The position numbers and the translations under genes are program-made. Positions 27,404-36,770 of a stretch of 64,000 nucleotides of DNA are shown piece after piece. How positions within the stretch are numbered: the first letter of the stretch is position 1; each line of letters opens with the position of its first letter. Source of the DNA: Clostridia bacterium (GTDB taxonomy: Bacteria; Bacillota; Clostridia; Christensenellales; CAG-917); NCBI GenBank assembly GCA_017553325.1, contig JAFZMH010000006.1, positions 25,759 to 89,758 of the forward strand, written 5' to 3'. The notes beneath the pieces are model-generated. The model searched no databases. It saw only the letters and a program-made list of their open reading frames with translations, and was not told where the DNA came from.

Positions 27404-28705
27404 TTAGTTGAACAATCCGCCGATGATGCTTGGCAAACGAATAATGAATTGATATAATCCTTCCACATAGCAAATGACAAAAGCCACCATACCGACGTTT
27501 GGAATTATCATATCGATTGCAGACGGCTTATGCGTGCGTGTGTAGGAAAACAACATAATGAACGGGATTACAAGTAAGAGTGATACACTTGAGCCAAAAC
27601 CGAGTTGATTGGCAATGGCGAGCCCATCATCGAGTGTTGCACCCTCATATCCCGGAATTAACACTCTGCCAAGCACAGCGTACAAGATAGCATCAATGAT
27701 TGCCGCAACAATCATGCAAACGCTTGTGGCGATTGAAAAATGCAAAGAGTTGATATTTGTTTTCAAAAACGCATTGTATTCCTCGTATGTCTTGCCACGT
27801 TTTAAAAACACACGTTCGCGGTTTTTAATGAAGAAAGCAAGCGCTATAAACACGACGAACGTGAGCGGAGGTTTTGTTGTCAAGAACGGTGAAACGTAGA
27901 GAGGCAAAACAAATCCATCCTTTGTTGCACACAGTGCTTTCAGAGTGAGAGATGCAATTTCATAAAGCGCAGGCAGGATTGCAAATAATCTGAATATGAT
28001 AACCTTTTTGCCCACGAATACTTTTTTGGGGTTGTAGTTGACAAAGAACGTAAACAAGGTGCAAAGCAACAAGTCGATGAATATGTTGAATGACAGATAG
28101 CCGCCATTTGAGAACAACATAAAGATGAGTTGAAACACTTCTTGCGGAGATTGTTCGGAATTTGCCGTAATCATCGCCATAATGCCTAACAAATAGTGTT
28201 GATATATAAGCATAAATAGCGCAAATATAACAAGTACCATAAAAGCATAGCCGGCAATCAAGCGTTTGTAGCCGTTTTGTGCGTTTATGATGATTGCAAA
28301 GTTGGCGATGAGGAAGAAAGGAACAGCGAGTCTGCCAAAGACTTGCAAGAACATTGCAAGACCTGCAAGTTTTGCGACACCTGCATCAAGCATCGCTCCA
28401 AGCATTAGGATAAGCGCGATTTGAGCGGAAACAATACTTATCCAAGCAAAAACCCTAAGCCATCTATATGAAAAAGGCCCGCGATATCTAATATCGTTTT
28501 CAAAAGTTATTTCGTGTATTTTTCTCCTCTTGTGTTTTTTGGATTTTTTCTCGTTGGAGGCCGGTTCTTCGTCTTTGCTTTCCCCAGTTTCCGTTTGCGC
28601 ATAGCTTTCGTCGACAGATAATTTCTCGACTTTTTGTTTGTCAATCGGTTTCTCAACCGAAACGTCCAATTCTTCAACCTTTAATTCGTTGCATTTTTCT
28701 TCCAT
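27404..28705 (-). CDS. multi-pass membrane protein of unknown function
   Basis: Long ORF, charged N-terminus then about 9-10 hydrophobic segments; start probably ATG 28705. Confidence 0.75.
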   Translation of the reverse strand: MEEKCNELKVEELDVSVEKPIDKQKVEKLSVDESYAQTETGESKDEEPASNEKKSKKHKRRKIHEITFENDIRYRGPFSYRWLRVFAWISIVSAQIALILMLGAMLDAGVAKLAGLAMFLQVFGRLAVPFFLIANFAIIINAQNGYKRLIAGYAFMVLVIFALFMLIYQHYLLGIMAMITANSEQSPQEVFQLIFMLFSNGGYLSFNIFIDLLLCTLFTFFVNYNPKKVFVGKKVIIFRLFAILPALYEIASLTLKALCATKDGFVLPLYVSPFLTTKPPLTFVVFIALAFFIKNRERVFLKRGKTYEEYNAFLKTNINSLHFSIATSVCMIVAAIIDAILYAVLGRVLIPGYEGATLDDGLAIANQLGFGSSVSLLLVIPFIMLFSYTRTHKPSAIDMIIPNVGMVAFVICYVEGLYQFIIRLPSIIGGLFN

Positions 28706-28867
28706 ATTGTTTGTATCTCTCCAATATGCGCATGGCGCATAATACACAATTATTTTATAATTCTATAATATGTTTGTCAATATGACTTGAAAAACAAAAA
28801 CTAAGGATGACAAATTGATTGATATATGCTAAACTTATTCTATAAAAGAAAGAGTTGGCATGGTACT

Positions 28868-30961
28868 ATGGCACAGAAAAAAGTATTTAAAAACAATTTA
28901 ACTCTCAACATTATCATTGCAACGACAGCATTGCTTATTGTTTTCGGTATAGTCATTTCGGCAATCAGTTATACAAAGTTCAACGACACGGTCTATGAAT
29001 TTTATCACAACGAGTCTTATGCAACTGCAACGAGTGCGCTTGATCTTTTTAATGCTGACCATATTGACGCCTATCTTGCAAACGCAGACAAAATCAATGG
29101 CAAGATCGCCATTGGGGAAGACGAGCAAAACATCCGCGATTTGAAAGCGGAGTTTGATGCGGCAACCGCACGCTTGCAAAAATTTGCCGAAAAGCAAAAT
29201 GTTGCCATACTTTATGTCATTGTGCCTGACAAAGACGATTATTCCAAGTATTATTCTGTTTTTAACTGCCCGAATGCAAAGTTTGTGCCGTATTCCGCTT
29301 GGGAACTCGGCTCTTTGCACGAACACAGTCAGCCCAACGAATACGACGGAATCTACAAGGATATGATGGAAAACGGGCTTGAATCAGCCAACGTCTCGCG
29401 CAAGCAAAAGGATGCAAACGGCGGATTACCTCATATCAATATGCTTCTTCCTGTCAAGGATTCAAACGGCGACGTTGTGGCAATAGTTGTCGTGCAACAC
29501 ACGATGGCGCTTCTCAACAAACTTGGAACGTCTTTTACAATACTTGTTGCAATGACGACTTTGATTCTTGCAGTCGTGTCTGTTTTGGGATTTATTTTGA
29601 TTGTGAGAAAACAATTTGTCACCCCAATACAGAACATCGTTGCGGAAGCACAACGTTTTGCAAAAGACAACAGCGAGCCTGACGTTCCGCTTGACGGAAG
29701 CATAAGCAAAATCCATGAAATCTCAAATCTTGCAGAAGCGATTGATCAAATGGAACTTGATACACTTCGCAACATCCGAAATCTTGCCGAAGCAATCAAA
29801 CAACAAGAAAAAATTGATTCGGAACTTGATATAGCAAGGCAAATCCAAGAATCTTTGCTTCCAAAAACGTTTCCTGCGTTCCCAAATAGATGCGAGTTTG
29901 ACCTTTACGCTTCAATGCACGCCGCAAAACAAGTGGGCGGAGATTTCTATGACTACTTCCTTGTGGACGATGACCATCTTGCATTCGTTATGGCAGACGT
30001 GTCAGGCAAGGGCGTTCCTGCGGCACTCTTTATGATGGCGACAAAGATTATTATCTATGAACGCACAATGCTTGGCGGAACTCCTGCGGAAATCCTTGAG
30101 TTTGTCAACAAACGCATTTGCGCCCACAATGACGCGGAAATGTTTGTGACCGTGTGGCTCGGCATACTTGAGATTTCAACGGGCAAGATAACGGCAACCA
30201 ACGCAGGACACGATAATCCTGCCGTGACGAAAAACGGCAAGTTTGAGTTTGTCAAGTCAAAGCGCGGAGTCGTTGTCGGCGCGATGGAAGACGCAAAATA
30301 TCAGAACTTTGAAATCCAACTTGAAAAAGGCGACAAAATCTTCCTTTATACAGACGGTGTGCCTGAAGCAACCAATGCGGACAATGCAATGTTTTCACTC
30401 ACTGAAACGCTCAACGCAATCAACGACTTGTCAACAGGACGCCCGAAAGACATTATTGACGGCGTGAATAAAATGATTGATGTGTTTGTGGGCAATGCAC
30501 CTCAATTTGACGACACCACAATGCTTTGCATTGAATATGCCGGCGCACTTGACAAAAACAAGCGTGAGTTCAGCATTTCTGCAGACAAAGACCGGTTGGC
30601 AGAGTTGAACAATTTGTTGACGGATTTTATGAAAGAGAAAAAGGCAAATCAAAAAGTCGTCAACCAACTTCTCGTGTGCATCGAAGAAATATTTGTCAAC
30701 GTTGTGGACCATGCGGATTTGCCGGAAGGCAGTATGGTTGAAGTGTCTGCCGGCTTTGACGACGGACTGCTCACAATCACTTTCAAAGATAACGGAGCGG
30801 AGTATAATCCGCTTGCAAAACAAGACCCCGACATCACTCTTTCGGCAGATGAGAGACGCGAAGGCGGCCTTGGAATATTTATGACCAAAAAACTTGTTGA
30901 CAACGTGAAATACGAATACGTCAACAATCAAAACGTTTTGACATTGGAGAAAAAACTGTGA
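28868..30961 (+). CDS. membrane sensor PP2C (SpoIIE/RsbU-like) phosphatase with HAMP and C-terminal anti-sigma (RsbW-like) kinase domain
   Basis: Two TMs, HAMP-like linker, VGGDFYD, DVSGKG, YTDGV, DDTT; then EEIFVNVVDHA ... DNG ... REGGLGIF. Confidence 0.88.
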   Translation: MAQKKVFKNNLTLNIIIATTALLIVFGIVISAISYTKFNDTVYEFYHNESYATATSALDLFNADHIDAYLANADKINGKIAIGEDEQNIRDLKAEFDAATARLQKFAEKQNVAILYVIVPDKDDYSKYYSVFNCPNAKFVPYSAWELGSLHEHSQPNEYDGIYKDMMENGLESANVSRKQKDANGGLPHINMLLPVKDSNGDVVAIVVVQHTMALLNKLGTSFTILVAMTTLILAVVSVLGFILIVRKQFVTPIQNIVAEAQRFAKDNSEPDVPLDGSISKIHEISNLAEAIDQMELDTLRNIRNLAEAIKQQEKIDSELDIARQIQESLLPKTFPAFPNRCEFDLYASMHAAKQVGGDFYDYFLVDDDHLAFVMADVSGKGVPAALFMMATKIIIYERTMLGGTPAEILEFVNKRICAHNDAEMFVTVWLGILEISTGKITATNAGHDNPAVTKNGKFEFVKSKRGVVVGAMEDAKYQNFEIQLEKGDKIFLYTDGVPEATNADNAMFSLTETLNAINDLSTGRPKDIIDGVNKMIDVFVGNAPQFDDTTMLCIEYAGALDKNKREFSISADKDRLAELNNLLTDFMKEKKANQKVVNQLLVCIEEIFVNVVDHADLPEGSMVEVSAGFDDGLLTITFKDNGAEYNPLAKQDPDITLSADERREGGLGIFMTKKLVDNVKYEYVNNQNVLTLEKKL

Positions 30962-31527
30962 AAAGAATTGAAGAAGCAGTCGCATATGCGGCAAAAATGC
31001 ACGCCGGACAAACGAGAAAGATGACCGGTATGCCATATATTCTTCACCCTATGGAAACGGCGGTTATCGTCACCACAATGACGATGGATGAAGACGTGAT
31101 AATCGCGTCCATCTTGCACGACGTCATAGAGGATACGCCCGCAACGGAAGAAGAGGTGAAGGGGATGTTTGGAGAGCACGTGTTGGCTCTCATCAAATCC
31201 GAAACGGAGAACAAAAGGCGTGATCTTCCTGCCTCGGCAACTTGGCGTATAAGAAAAGAAGAATCGCTTGCGGAACTTGAAAAATCATCCAAAGACACCA
31301 AGATTCTTTGGCTTGCCGACAAACTTTCGAATATCCGTTCAATGGCAGAGCAATATTCCAAAATCGGCGACGAGATTTTTGAAGCGTTCCACGAAAAGAG
31401 AAAATCCGAACACGCTTGGTACTATACAAGTATTCTTGAGATTTTGAGAAAGGATTTGAGCGATACGTTTGCATTCAAAGAATATGAAAGGCACGTAAAC
31501 TTTGTGTTTAAAGGAGAGGGAAAATGA
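30958..31527 (+). CDS. HD-domain small alarmone hydrolase-like protein (RelA/SpoT hydrolase, Mesh1-like)
   Basis: HAGQTRK, PYILHP, LHDVIEDT, LADKLSNIRS; GTG start overlaps upstream stop. Confidence 0.82.
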   Translation: MKRIEEAVAYAAKMHAGQTRKMTGMPYILHPMETAVIVTTMTMDEDVIIASILHDVIEDTPATEEEVKGMFGEHVLALIKSETENKRRDLPASATWRIRKEESLAELEKSSKDTKILWLADKLSNIRSMAEQYSKIGDEIFEAFHEKRKSEHAWYYTSILEILRKDLSDTFAFKEYERHVNFVFKGEGK

Positions 31528-32693
31528 AACATAGTCTTGAAAACGGAGTTTTGACAATCTATTTGGAGGGAAGAATTGACTCGAACAATTCGGAAGCGGT
31601 TGCAAGCGAAATGCAATCAATTGTTGACGAGTGCAACCCCGTCGAACTTGTCCTTGACGCAGAAGAACTCGAATACATTTCTTCCGCAGGGCTTCGTATT
31701 GTTTTGAGATTCAGAAAAGCCAATTCCCGTTTCAAAATCATAAACGTTTCAACCGACGTTTATGAGATTTTTGATATGACAGGCTTTACCGAGATGATGA
31801 AAGTTGAAAAAGCGTTCAGAAAACTCTCGGTGGACGGCTGTGAAATAATCGGCGAAGGTGCCAACGGCAAAGTTTATCGCATTGATGCAGACACAATCGT
31901 CAAGGTTTATACGGAAGGCAGTTTTGAAGATATACAGCGCGAACGCGCCCTTGCCAAAAAAGCATTTGTTCTTGGCATCAACACGGCGATTTCGTATGAT
32001 ATTGCCAAAATCGGCGATTGTTACGGCACGGTGTTTGAGCTTCTCAACGCAAAATCGCTCGCATCCTGCATAGCGGACGATCCTGAGCATCTCGACCACT
32101 ACGTCGAACTCTATGTGGATTTGCTCAAAAAGATTCACGCCACCGAGGACAACGACGGCGATATGCCGGATATGAAAGAACTCGCTCTCAAATGGGTGGA
32201 GATTGCAAAGACCTATCTTGATGAAGAGAGCGGAAAGAAACTTGAAAAACTTGTGAATGACATCCCAAAGTCAAATCACATTCTGCACGGCGACTATCAC
32301 CTCAAAAACGTTATGATTCAAAACGACGAAGCATTGCTCATCGACATGGACACTTTGGCGCTCGGCAACCCTGTGTTTGAATTCGGTTTTATTTTCAACG
32401 CCTACATCGGCTTCTATTCTTTGAATCTGCAAGACGCCGGCAAGTTTTTGAAAATCACCGCCCAAACTTCGTTTGATATTTGGGACAAGACCTTGCAATT
32501 GTATTTTGGCACCACAGACAAAGCTGTGCTTGACGACTACACCAAAAAGGCAAAAGTCATCGGCTATATTCGTCTTTTGCAACGCGCCGTTCGTCGCACT
32601 CTGCACAACGGGGAAGATCATTCCGCTGCAATTGCATTCTACAAGCAAGAACTCACAAAACTTGTTGCCGAGTTAGATTCGCTTGCGTTCTAA
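31524..32693 (+). CDS. STAS anti-anti-sigma domain fused to an APH-like phosphotransferase
   Basis: LEGRID ... LEYISSAGLR (STAS); IGEGANGKVY, VKVY, HGDYHLKN, LIDMD (kinase). Confidence 0.85.
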   Translation: MKHSLENGVLTIYLEGRIDSNNSEAVASEMQSIVDECNPVELVLDAEELEYISSAGLRIVLRFRKANSRFKIINVSTDVYEIFDMTGFTEMMKVEKAFRKLSVDGCEIIGEGANGKVYRIDADTIVKVYTEGSFEDIQRERALAKKAFVLGINTAISYDIAKIGDCYGTVFELLNAKSLASCIADDPEHLDHYVELYVDLLKKIHATEDNDGDMPDMKELALKWVEIAKTYLDEESGKKLEKLVNDIPKSNHILHGDYHLKNVMIQNDEALLIDMDTLALGNPVFEFGFIFNAYIGFYSLNLQDAGKFLKITAQTSFDIWDKTLQLYFGTTDKAVLDDYTKKAKVIGYIRLLQRAVRRTLHNGEDHSAAIAFYKQELTKLVAELDSLAF

Positions 32694-32716
32694 GAACCCC
32701 TGTGTCAACTTATGCT

Positions 32717-32855
32717 ATATAAAACGAACCGCAATGGTTCGTTTTATATACGGTGGCAGGAAAAGGTTTTCCTAAAAAGAAACTAACCTATCTAGAGATA
32801 GGTTAGATATCTGTTTCTCGTATGGTTTTTTGATGCAAAACTGTCACAAAATATA
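32717..32855 (-). mobile_element. att-like junction repeat (second copy)
   Basis: Same hairpin; 32754-32781 is 25/28 to 27200-27227; CTAACCTATCT-AG-AGATAGGTTAG. Confidence 0.8.
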
Positions 32856-32868
32856 ATTGTATAATGTT

Positions 32869-33783
32869 CTATTTGTGTTCGATATCAAACATATCTAAAA
32901 GACGCACAAAGGTGTCTTGTCCGTCAAGGCAGGTGTCCGAGAGATAACTATTATCCTTGCCCCATTCAGACAGCCCGCGATAGTAATACATTTTCTTGGA
33001 ATCCTCAATGATGAATGGAATTATGCTGTTTTTCAAGCACTCTTTGAGAGCAATGAGACGACCAACTCTTCCGTTGCCATCTTGGAAAGGGTGTATGTGT
33101 TCAAATGCGGAATGGAAAGCGATGATATCGTTGATATCAATTCTGGCTTTTGCATTATACTCAGCAAGCAGTTCTGCCATCCTTGCAGGAACATCCTTTG
33201 GCTTGGTAGTTTCTCTGCCGCCAACGACATTTGCACGCTTTTTGTAATCTCCAACTGCAAACCACTCAAGAGTAGCGTCCTTTGTGTCATGTTTCAAAAG
33301 ATAATGCAAATGCTTTATAATATCTTCCGTGAGCGTCTTGTCTGCCGTTTCAATGACATAATCTATTGCGCGGAAATGGTGAACTGTCTCCAAAACATCA
33401 TCCACAGGGATGCCATCTCCAACGTCAAGAGTGTTTGTCTCAAAAATAAGCCTTGTTTGGTCTTCTGTGAGCCTGCTCCCTTCAATATGGTTGGAGTTGT
33501 ATGTCATCCTTATCTGCAACTCATGATAAAGCCCGCCGGAAATCTTGTGCTCCATTTCTTCTCTGAGAATTTGAAGGATTGGATTGTCTGACACTTCTTT
33601 GCAAATATCGCTCGGCTCGCAGCCAAAATATCCGCACATCTTTTCAATGACAATACGGGACAACTTTTCGCCCTTGCCAATCTTTGCAATCGTGCGTGAA
33701 GAAATCCCAAGCTCTTTTGTCAGCTCGGATTTTTTGATGCATTTTTGCTTTAACAATTTTTCTAATCCGCTATAAGAAATCAT
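32869..33783 (-). CDS. Cro/C1-type HTH fused to a Fic domain
   Basis: N-terminal ISYSGL...LGISSRTIAKI HTH; YNSNHIEG and HPFQDGNGRVGR Fic motif; ATG 33783 follows GAGGTG. Confidence 0.9.
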   Translation of the reverse strand: MISYSGLEKLLKQKCIKKSELTKELGISSRTIAKIGKGEKLSRIVIEKMCGYFGCEPSDICKEVSDNPILQILREEMEHKISGGLYHELQIRMTYNSNHIEGSRLTEDQTRLIFETNTLDVGDGIPVDDVLETVHHFRAIDYVIETADKTLTEDIIKHLHYLLKHDTKDATLEWFAVGDYKKRANVVGGRETTKPKDVPARMAELLAEYNAKARIDINDIIAFHSAFEHIHPFQDGNGRVGRLIALKECLKNSIIPFIIEDSKKMYYYRGLSEWGKDNSYLSDTCLDGQDTFVRLLDMFDIEHK

Positions 33784-33795
33784 GCTTATCACCTC

Positions 33796-33841
33796 AAATC
33801 TTTACTTATTTTACCATATTATTATCAAAAAGTAAAGATTT
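33796..33841. promoter_or_regulatory. inverted-repeat operator candidate over the HTH-Fic promoter
   Basis: AAATCTTTACTT, 22 nt, AAGTAAAGATTT; overlaps minus-strand TTTACT-17-TAAAAT. Confidence 0.55.
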
Positions 33842-33869
33842 TATTGATAATTGCTGCAAAAACATAAAG

Positions 33870-33898
33870 AAAAACGAACCGAAAGTGGTTCGTTTTTT
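33870..33898 (-). terminator. terminator after tRNA-Ile (same hairpin as the att-like repeats)
   Basis: AAAAACGAACC-GAAAGT-GGTTCGTTTTT. Confidence 0.75.
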
Positions 33899-33906
33899 AA
33901 ATACAG

Positions 33907-33983
33907 TGGTAGGAATGGGTGGACTCGAACCACTGACCCCCACCTTATCAGGGTGGTGCTCTAACCGACTGAGCTACATTCCT
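33907..33983 (-). tRNA. tRNA-Ile (GAT)
   Basis: AGGAATGTAGCTCAGTCGGTTAGAGC...CCACC-CTGATAA-GGTGG...GGTTCGAGTCC...CATTCCTACCA. Confidence 0.95.
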
Positions 33984-34017
33984 ATATTGTTGCGAGCAAA
34001 CCTAAGTCTGCTCGCGG

Positions 34018-34093
34018 TGGTGGAGATACACGGATTCGAACCGAGGACCTCTTGAATGCAAATCAAGCGCTCTACCAACTGAGCTATACCCCC
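34018..34093 (-). tRNA. tRNA-Ala (TGC)
   Basis: GGGGGTATAGCTCAGTTGGTAGAGC...CTTGA-TTTGCAT-TCAAG...GGTTCGAATCC...TCTCCACCA; G3:U70. Confidence 0.95.
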
Positions 34094-34109
34094 AAGTGAA
34101 TGCTTTAAG

Positions 34110-34138
34110 ATAATAGCATTATAAGGGAAGATTGTCAA
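34110..34138 (-). promoter_or_regulatory. promoter of the tRNA-Ala-Ile operon
   Basis: TTGACA, 17 nt, TATTAT with extended TG on minus strand. Confidence 0.75.
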
Positions 34139-34257
34139 ATGTTTTTCGAAAGTTTTTAAACGCAGATAATTTTGTGTTGCGAAGCGGTTTTCCACCACAA
34201 AATGTTGGGTAAATTTTGACCTCGCGCGCGCGATAGGCGCATATTATAGGCGTCAAA

Positions 34258-34812
34258 TCAGGTGTTCATCGCAAAGAAATAATCTTTGATGCGTTCGGGA
34301 GATTCCGCGCAGGAGTTTTCAAACCAATAGACGACGGAGAGGATGAAATCTTCGCAGACCTTTTGGCGGAGGAGGGAGTCCGGTACGTCGAGACGCTTGA
34401 CGAGGCGTTCGCTTATCAGGCGGTCTATGATGGGCATGACGTGGATGCGCATATCGTGCAAAAACGCGTCGCGACTGGACGACGCCAAAATTGCGGTGAT
34501 GAGTTCCTCCTCGTCGTGAAGGTGGTAGAAGATGTGCGTGAGCAGGTGAGAGTAATCGAAAATGCTCGAGCGGGAAAAGTCGTGAGTTTCTTCAACCGTC
34601 AAGGTGTGCGAAAACACGTGTTCGAAGATGTTGGTCGAGATAGAGTTGAGCACGTCTTCCTTCGTCCTGAAATGAGAATAGAAGGTGGAGCGCGAGACTC
34701 CGCTCTCCTGCAAAATGTCCTCGACGGTGAGTTTTCCGTAGCCCTTTTGTTTGAGCACGGTTGCAAACGCCTTGTAGATAAGATTGCGAGTTTTCTTTAC
34801 TCTTTTGTCCAT
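34258..34812 (-). CDS. TetR/AcrR family regulator
   Basis: MDKRVKKTR ... LTVEDILQESGVSRSTFYSHF HTH; start may instead be 34839. Confidence 0.9.
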   Translation of the reverse strand: MDKRVKKTRNLIYKAFATVLKQKGYGKLTVEDILQESGVSRSTFYSHFRTKEDVLNSISTNIFEHVFSHTLTVEETHDFSRSSIFDYSHLLTHIFYHLHDEEELITAILASSSRDAFLHDMRIHVMPIIDRLISERLVKRLDVPDSLLRQKVCEDFILSVVYWFENSCAESPERIKDYFFAMNT

Positions 34813-34934
34813 AGCCGAAACCTCTGTTTTGTATTGCATACATTATAAAACACAATGTATCGAAAAATCAAGAAAAAACCGAACATTTTTTGAAAAAACT
34901 TGCAAAAACTCCGCTCAATTGGTATGATTTAGGC

Positions 34935-36017
34935 ATGGAATCCGTCGCGACAAACGTGCTTGAAGTGCAGAAAAAAATGCGCATAAAAAAGGCGATAATC
35001 ATCTCATCGCTGTTTTTGCTTACGGTGGTTATGTTTTTTGTTTGCTGGTTTGTCGGAGTGGCAAAGATGTCCGTCAAAGACTGCTTTGAAGCGCTTGGCC
35101 ACAGGGGCGACGTCAACGATATTAACGCTCTTATCATTTGGAACACGCGCTTTCCGCGCGTAATAGCGGCGGTCGTTGCGGGCGCGGGACTTGCGGTTGC
35201 CGGTCTTATTATGCAGACGACGCTCGGCAACGTTATGGCTTCTCCGTCCACTCTCGGCGTGTCCAACGCCGCGGTATTCGGGGCAAACTTGTCCATAATC
35301 GGTTTTGCGGGCGGGTTTTTGTCGTCGGGCGCAGATTTTGCAAAGACGGTCAATACGTTCAACCCGTTTGCGGTGTCGCTCATAGCGTTTCTGTTTTCGT
35401 CCGCGTCCGTGATGCTGGTGCTCGCACTTTGCAGAATAAAAAAATTCTCGCCCAACACAATCGTGCTTGCAGGTATAGCGATAGGCGCGATTTGGACGGC
35501 GGGGACAACGATGTTGCAGATTTTCGCAACCGACGTGGGACTGTCGGCGGCGGTTATCTGGTCCTTTGGCGACCTCGGGCGCGTGACGCTCACGCAAGAC
35601 TACATTATGCTCGGGTTCGTGGGCGCGGCGATCATTCTTTTCTTCTGCTTGTCTTGGCGTTTTAACGCTATGCTCGGGGGAGACAATATCGCAAGAAGCG
35701 TCGGCGTCAACGTGACGGCACTCAGAGTCACGGGACTGCTCGTCGGGTCGCTCATTACCGCGATGTGCGTGTCCTTCCTCGGAATAATCGGGTTTGTGGG
35801 CATTATTTGCCCACACGTAGTCAAAAAGTTGCTTGGACACAACCACGTCGTGTCCATTCCCATAACCGCGCTGACGGGCAGTCTGCTATTGCTTTTTGCC
35901 GACACGATTGCGAGAACTATCGCAAACGGTATCGCGCTTCCGGTAGGCGCGGTCACGTCGCTTCTCGGTGCACCGTTCTTCCTCTTTATGCTGTTTACGG
36001 CAAAGGAGCGTGTGTGA
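34935..36017 (+). CDS. FecCD/BtuC family metal-chelate ABC permease
   Basis: RFPR, GAGLAVAG, SPSTLGV, GIIGFVG, LPVG. Confidence 0.9.
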   Translation: MESVATNVLEVQKKMRIKKAIIISSLFLLTVVMFFVCWFVGVAKMSVKDCFEALGHRGDVNDINALIIWNTRFPRVIAAVVAGAGLAVAGLIMQTTLGNVMASPSTLGVSNAAVFGANLSIIGFAGGFLSSGADFAKTVNTFNPFAVSLIAFLFSSASVMLVLALCRIKKFSPNTIVLAGIAIGAIWTAGTTMLQIFATDVGLSAAVIWSFGDLGRVTLTQDYIMLGFVGAAIILFFCLSWRFNAMLGGDNIARSVGVNVTALRVTGLLVGSLITAMCVSFLGIIGFVGIICPHVVKKLLGHNHVVSIPITALTGSLLLLFADTIARTIANGIALPVGAVTSLLGAPFFLFMLFTAKERV

Positions 36018-36769
36018 TGTTTGAAATCAAAGATTTGAAATTTGCATACAAAAAGAGCGTTCCCGTTTTGAAGGGTGTGAACCTCGCCCTTGAAGAGGGC
36101 GAGATCGGCGTGCTTCTCGGCAAAAACGGCGCGGGCAAGAGCACGCTTTTCAAGTGCGTGCTCGGGCTTTTGAAAGCAACAGGCGAGATTTTGTTTGACG
36201 ACAAGGATATTTCAAAGGCGTCGAGGACGGAGAGGGCAAAACTCATCGCCTACGTTCCACAGGAACTCTCCTTTGGAGAGTTGACAGTGTTTGACAGCGT
36301 GCTCACGGGGCGTATTGCAAGGTTCGGCTTGATTGCGGGACAGGACGACAGAGAGGTCGTGAACCGTGTGCTTGAAGAACTTGAACTTACGCATATTGCC
36401 ACAAAGAACGTAAATCAACTCTCGGGAGGCGAACGCCAAAAAGTGGCGATTGCCCGCGCGCTTGCGCAAGAGCCCCAAATGCTCGTCTTTGACGAGCCGA
36501 CGGGCAACCTCGACGTACAAAACGAACAACTGATTTTCGGACTCGCAAAAAGGATAGCGAGCGAGAAGAAGATAACGATTTTGATTGCGATCCACAACCT
36601 GAATTTTGCGATGGACTTCGGCGACAAGTTCTTTATGATGAAGGACGGCGAAATCAAGCATACGGGCGGGGTTGAAATTTTGAACGAAAATACGATTAGC
36701 GACGTCTTTGGCGTCAAAGCCGCCATTTTGGAGGCGGAAGGCAGAAAGGCGATCGTTTATGGAGGTTAA
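36017..36769 (+). CDS. metal-chelate ABC transporter ATPase
   Basis: GKNGAGKST, LSGGERQ, FDEPT; start reset to ATG 36017. Confidence 0.9.
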   Translation: MFEIKDLKFAYKKSVPVLKGVNLALEEGEIGVLLGKNGAGKSTLFKCVLGLLKATGEILFDDKDISKASRTERAKLIAYVPQELSFGELTVFDSVLTGRIARFGLIAGQDDREVVNRVLEELELTHIATKNVNQLSGGERQKVAIARALAQEPQMLVFDEPTGNLDVQNEQLIFGLAKRIASEKKITILIAIHNLNFAMDFGDKFFMMKDGEIKHTGGVEILNENTISDVFGVKAAILEAEGRKAIVYGG

Positions 36770-36770
36770 T

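Noticed and set aside
33907-33935. A-C mismatch in the tRNA-Ile T stem as an integration scar
   Set aside because: The neighbouring tRNA-Ala also has a T-stem mismatch, so it is not diagnostic.
27162-33983. CRISPR array or classical integron attC array
   Set aside because: The repeats are kilobases apart with gene-sized intervals, there is no cas or intI gene, and they match the tRNA 3' end.
33907-34093. rRNA operon spacer (Ile/Ala pair)
   Set aside because: There is no 16S or 23S sequence on either side, and the pair has its own promoter and terminator.
33974-34198. 74-aa ORF
   Set aside because: It overlaps tRNA-Ala and its promoter.
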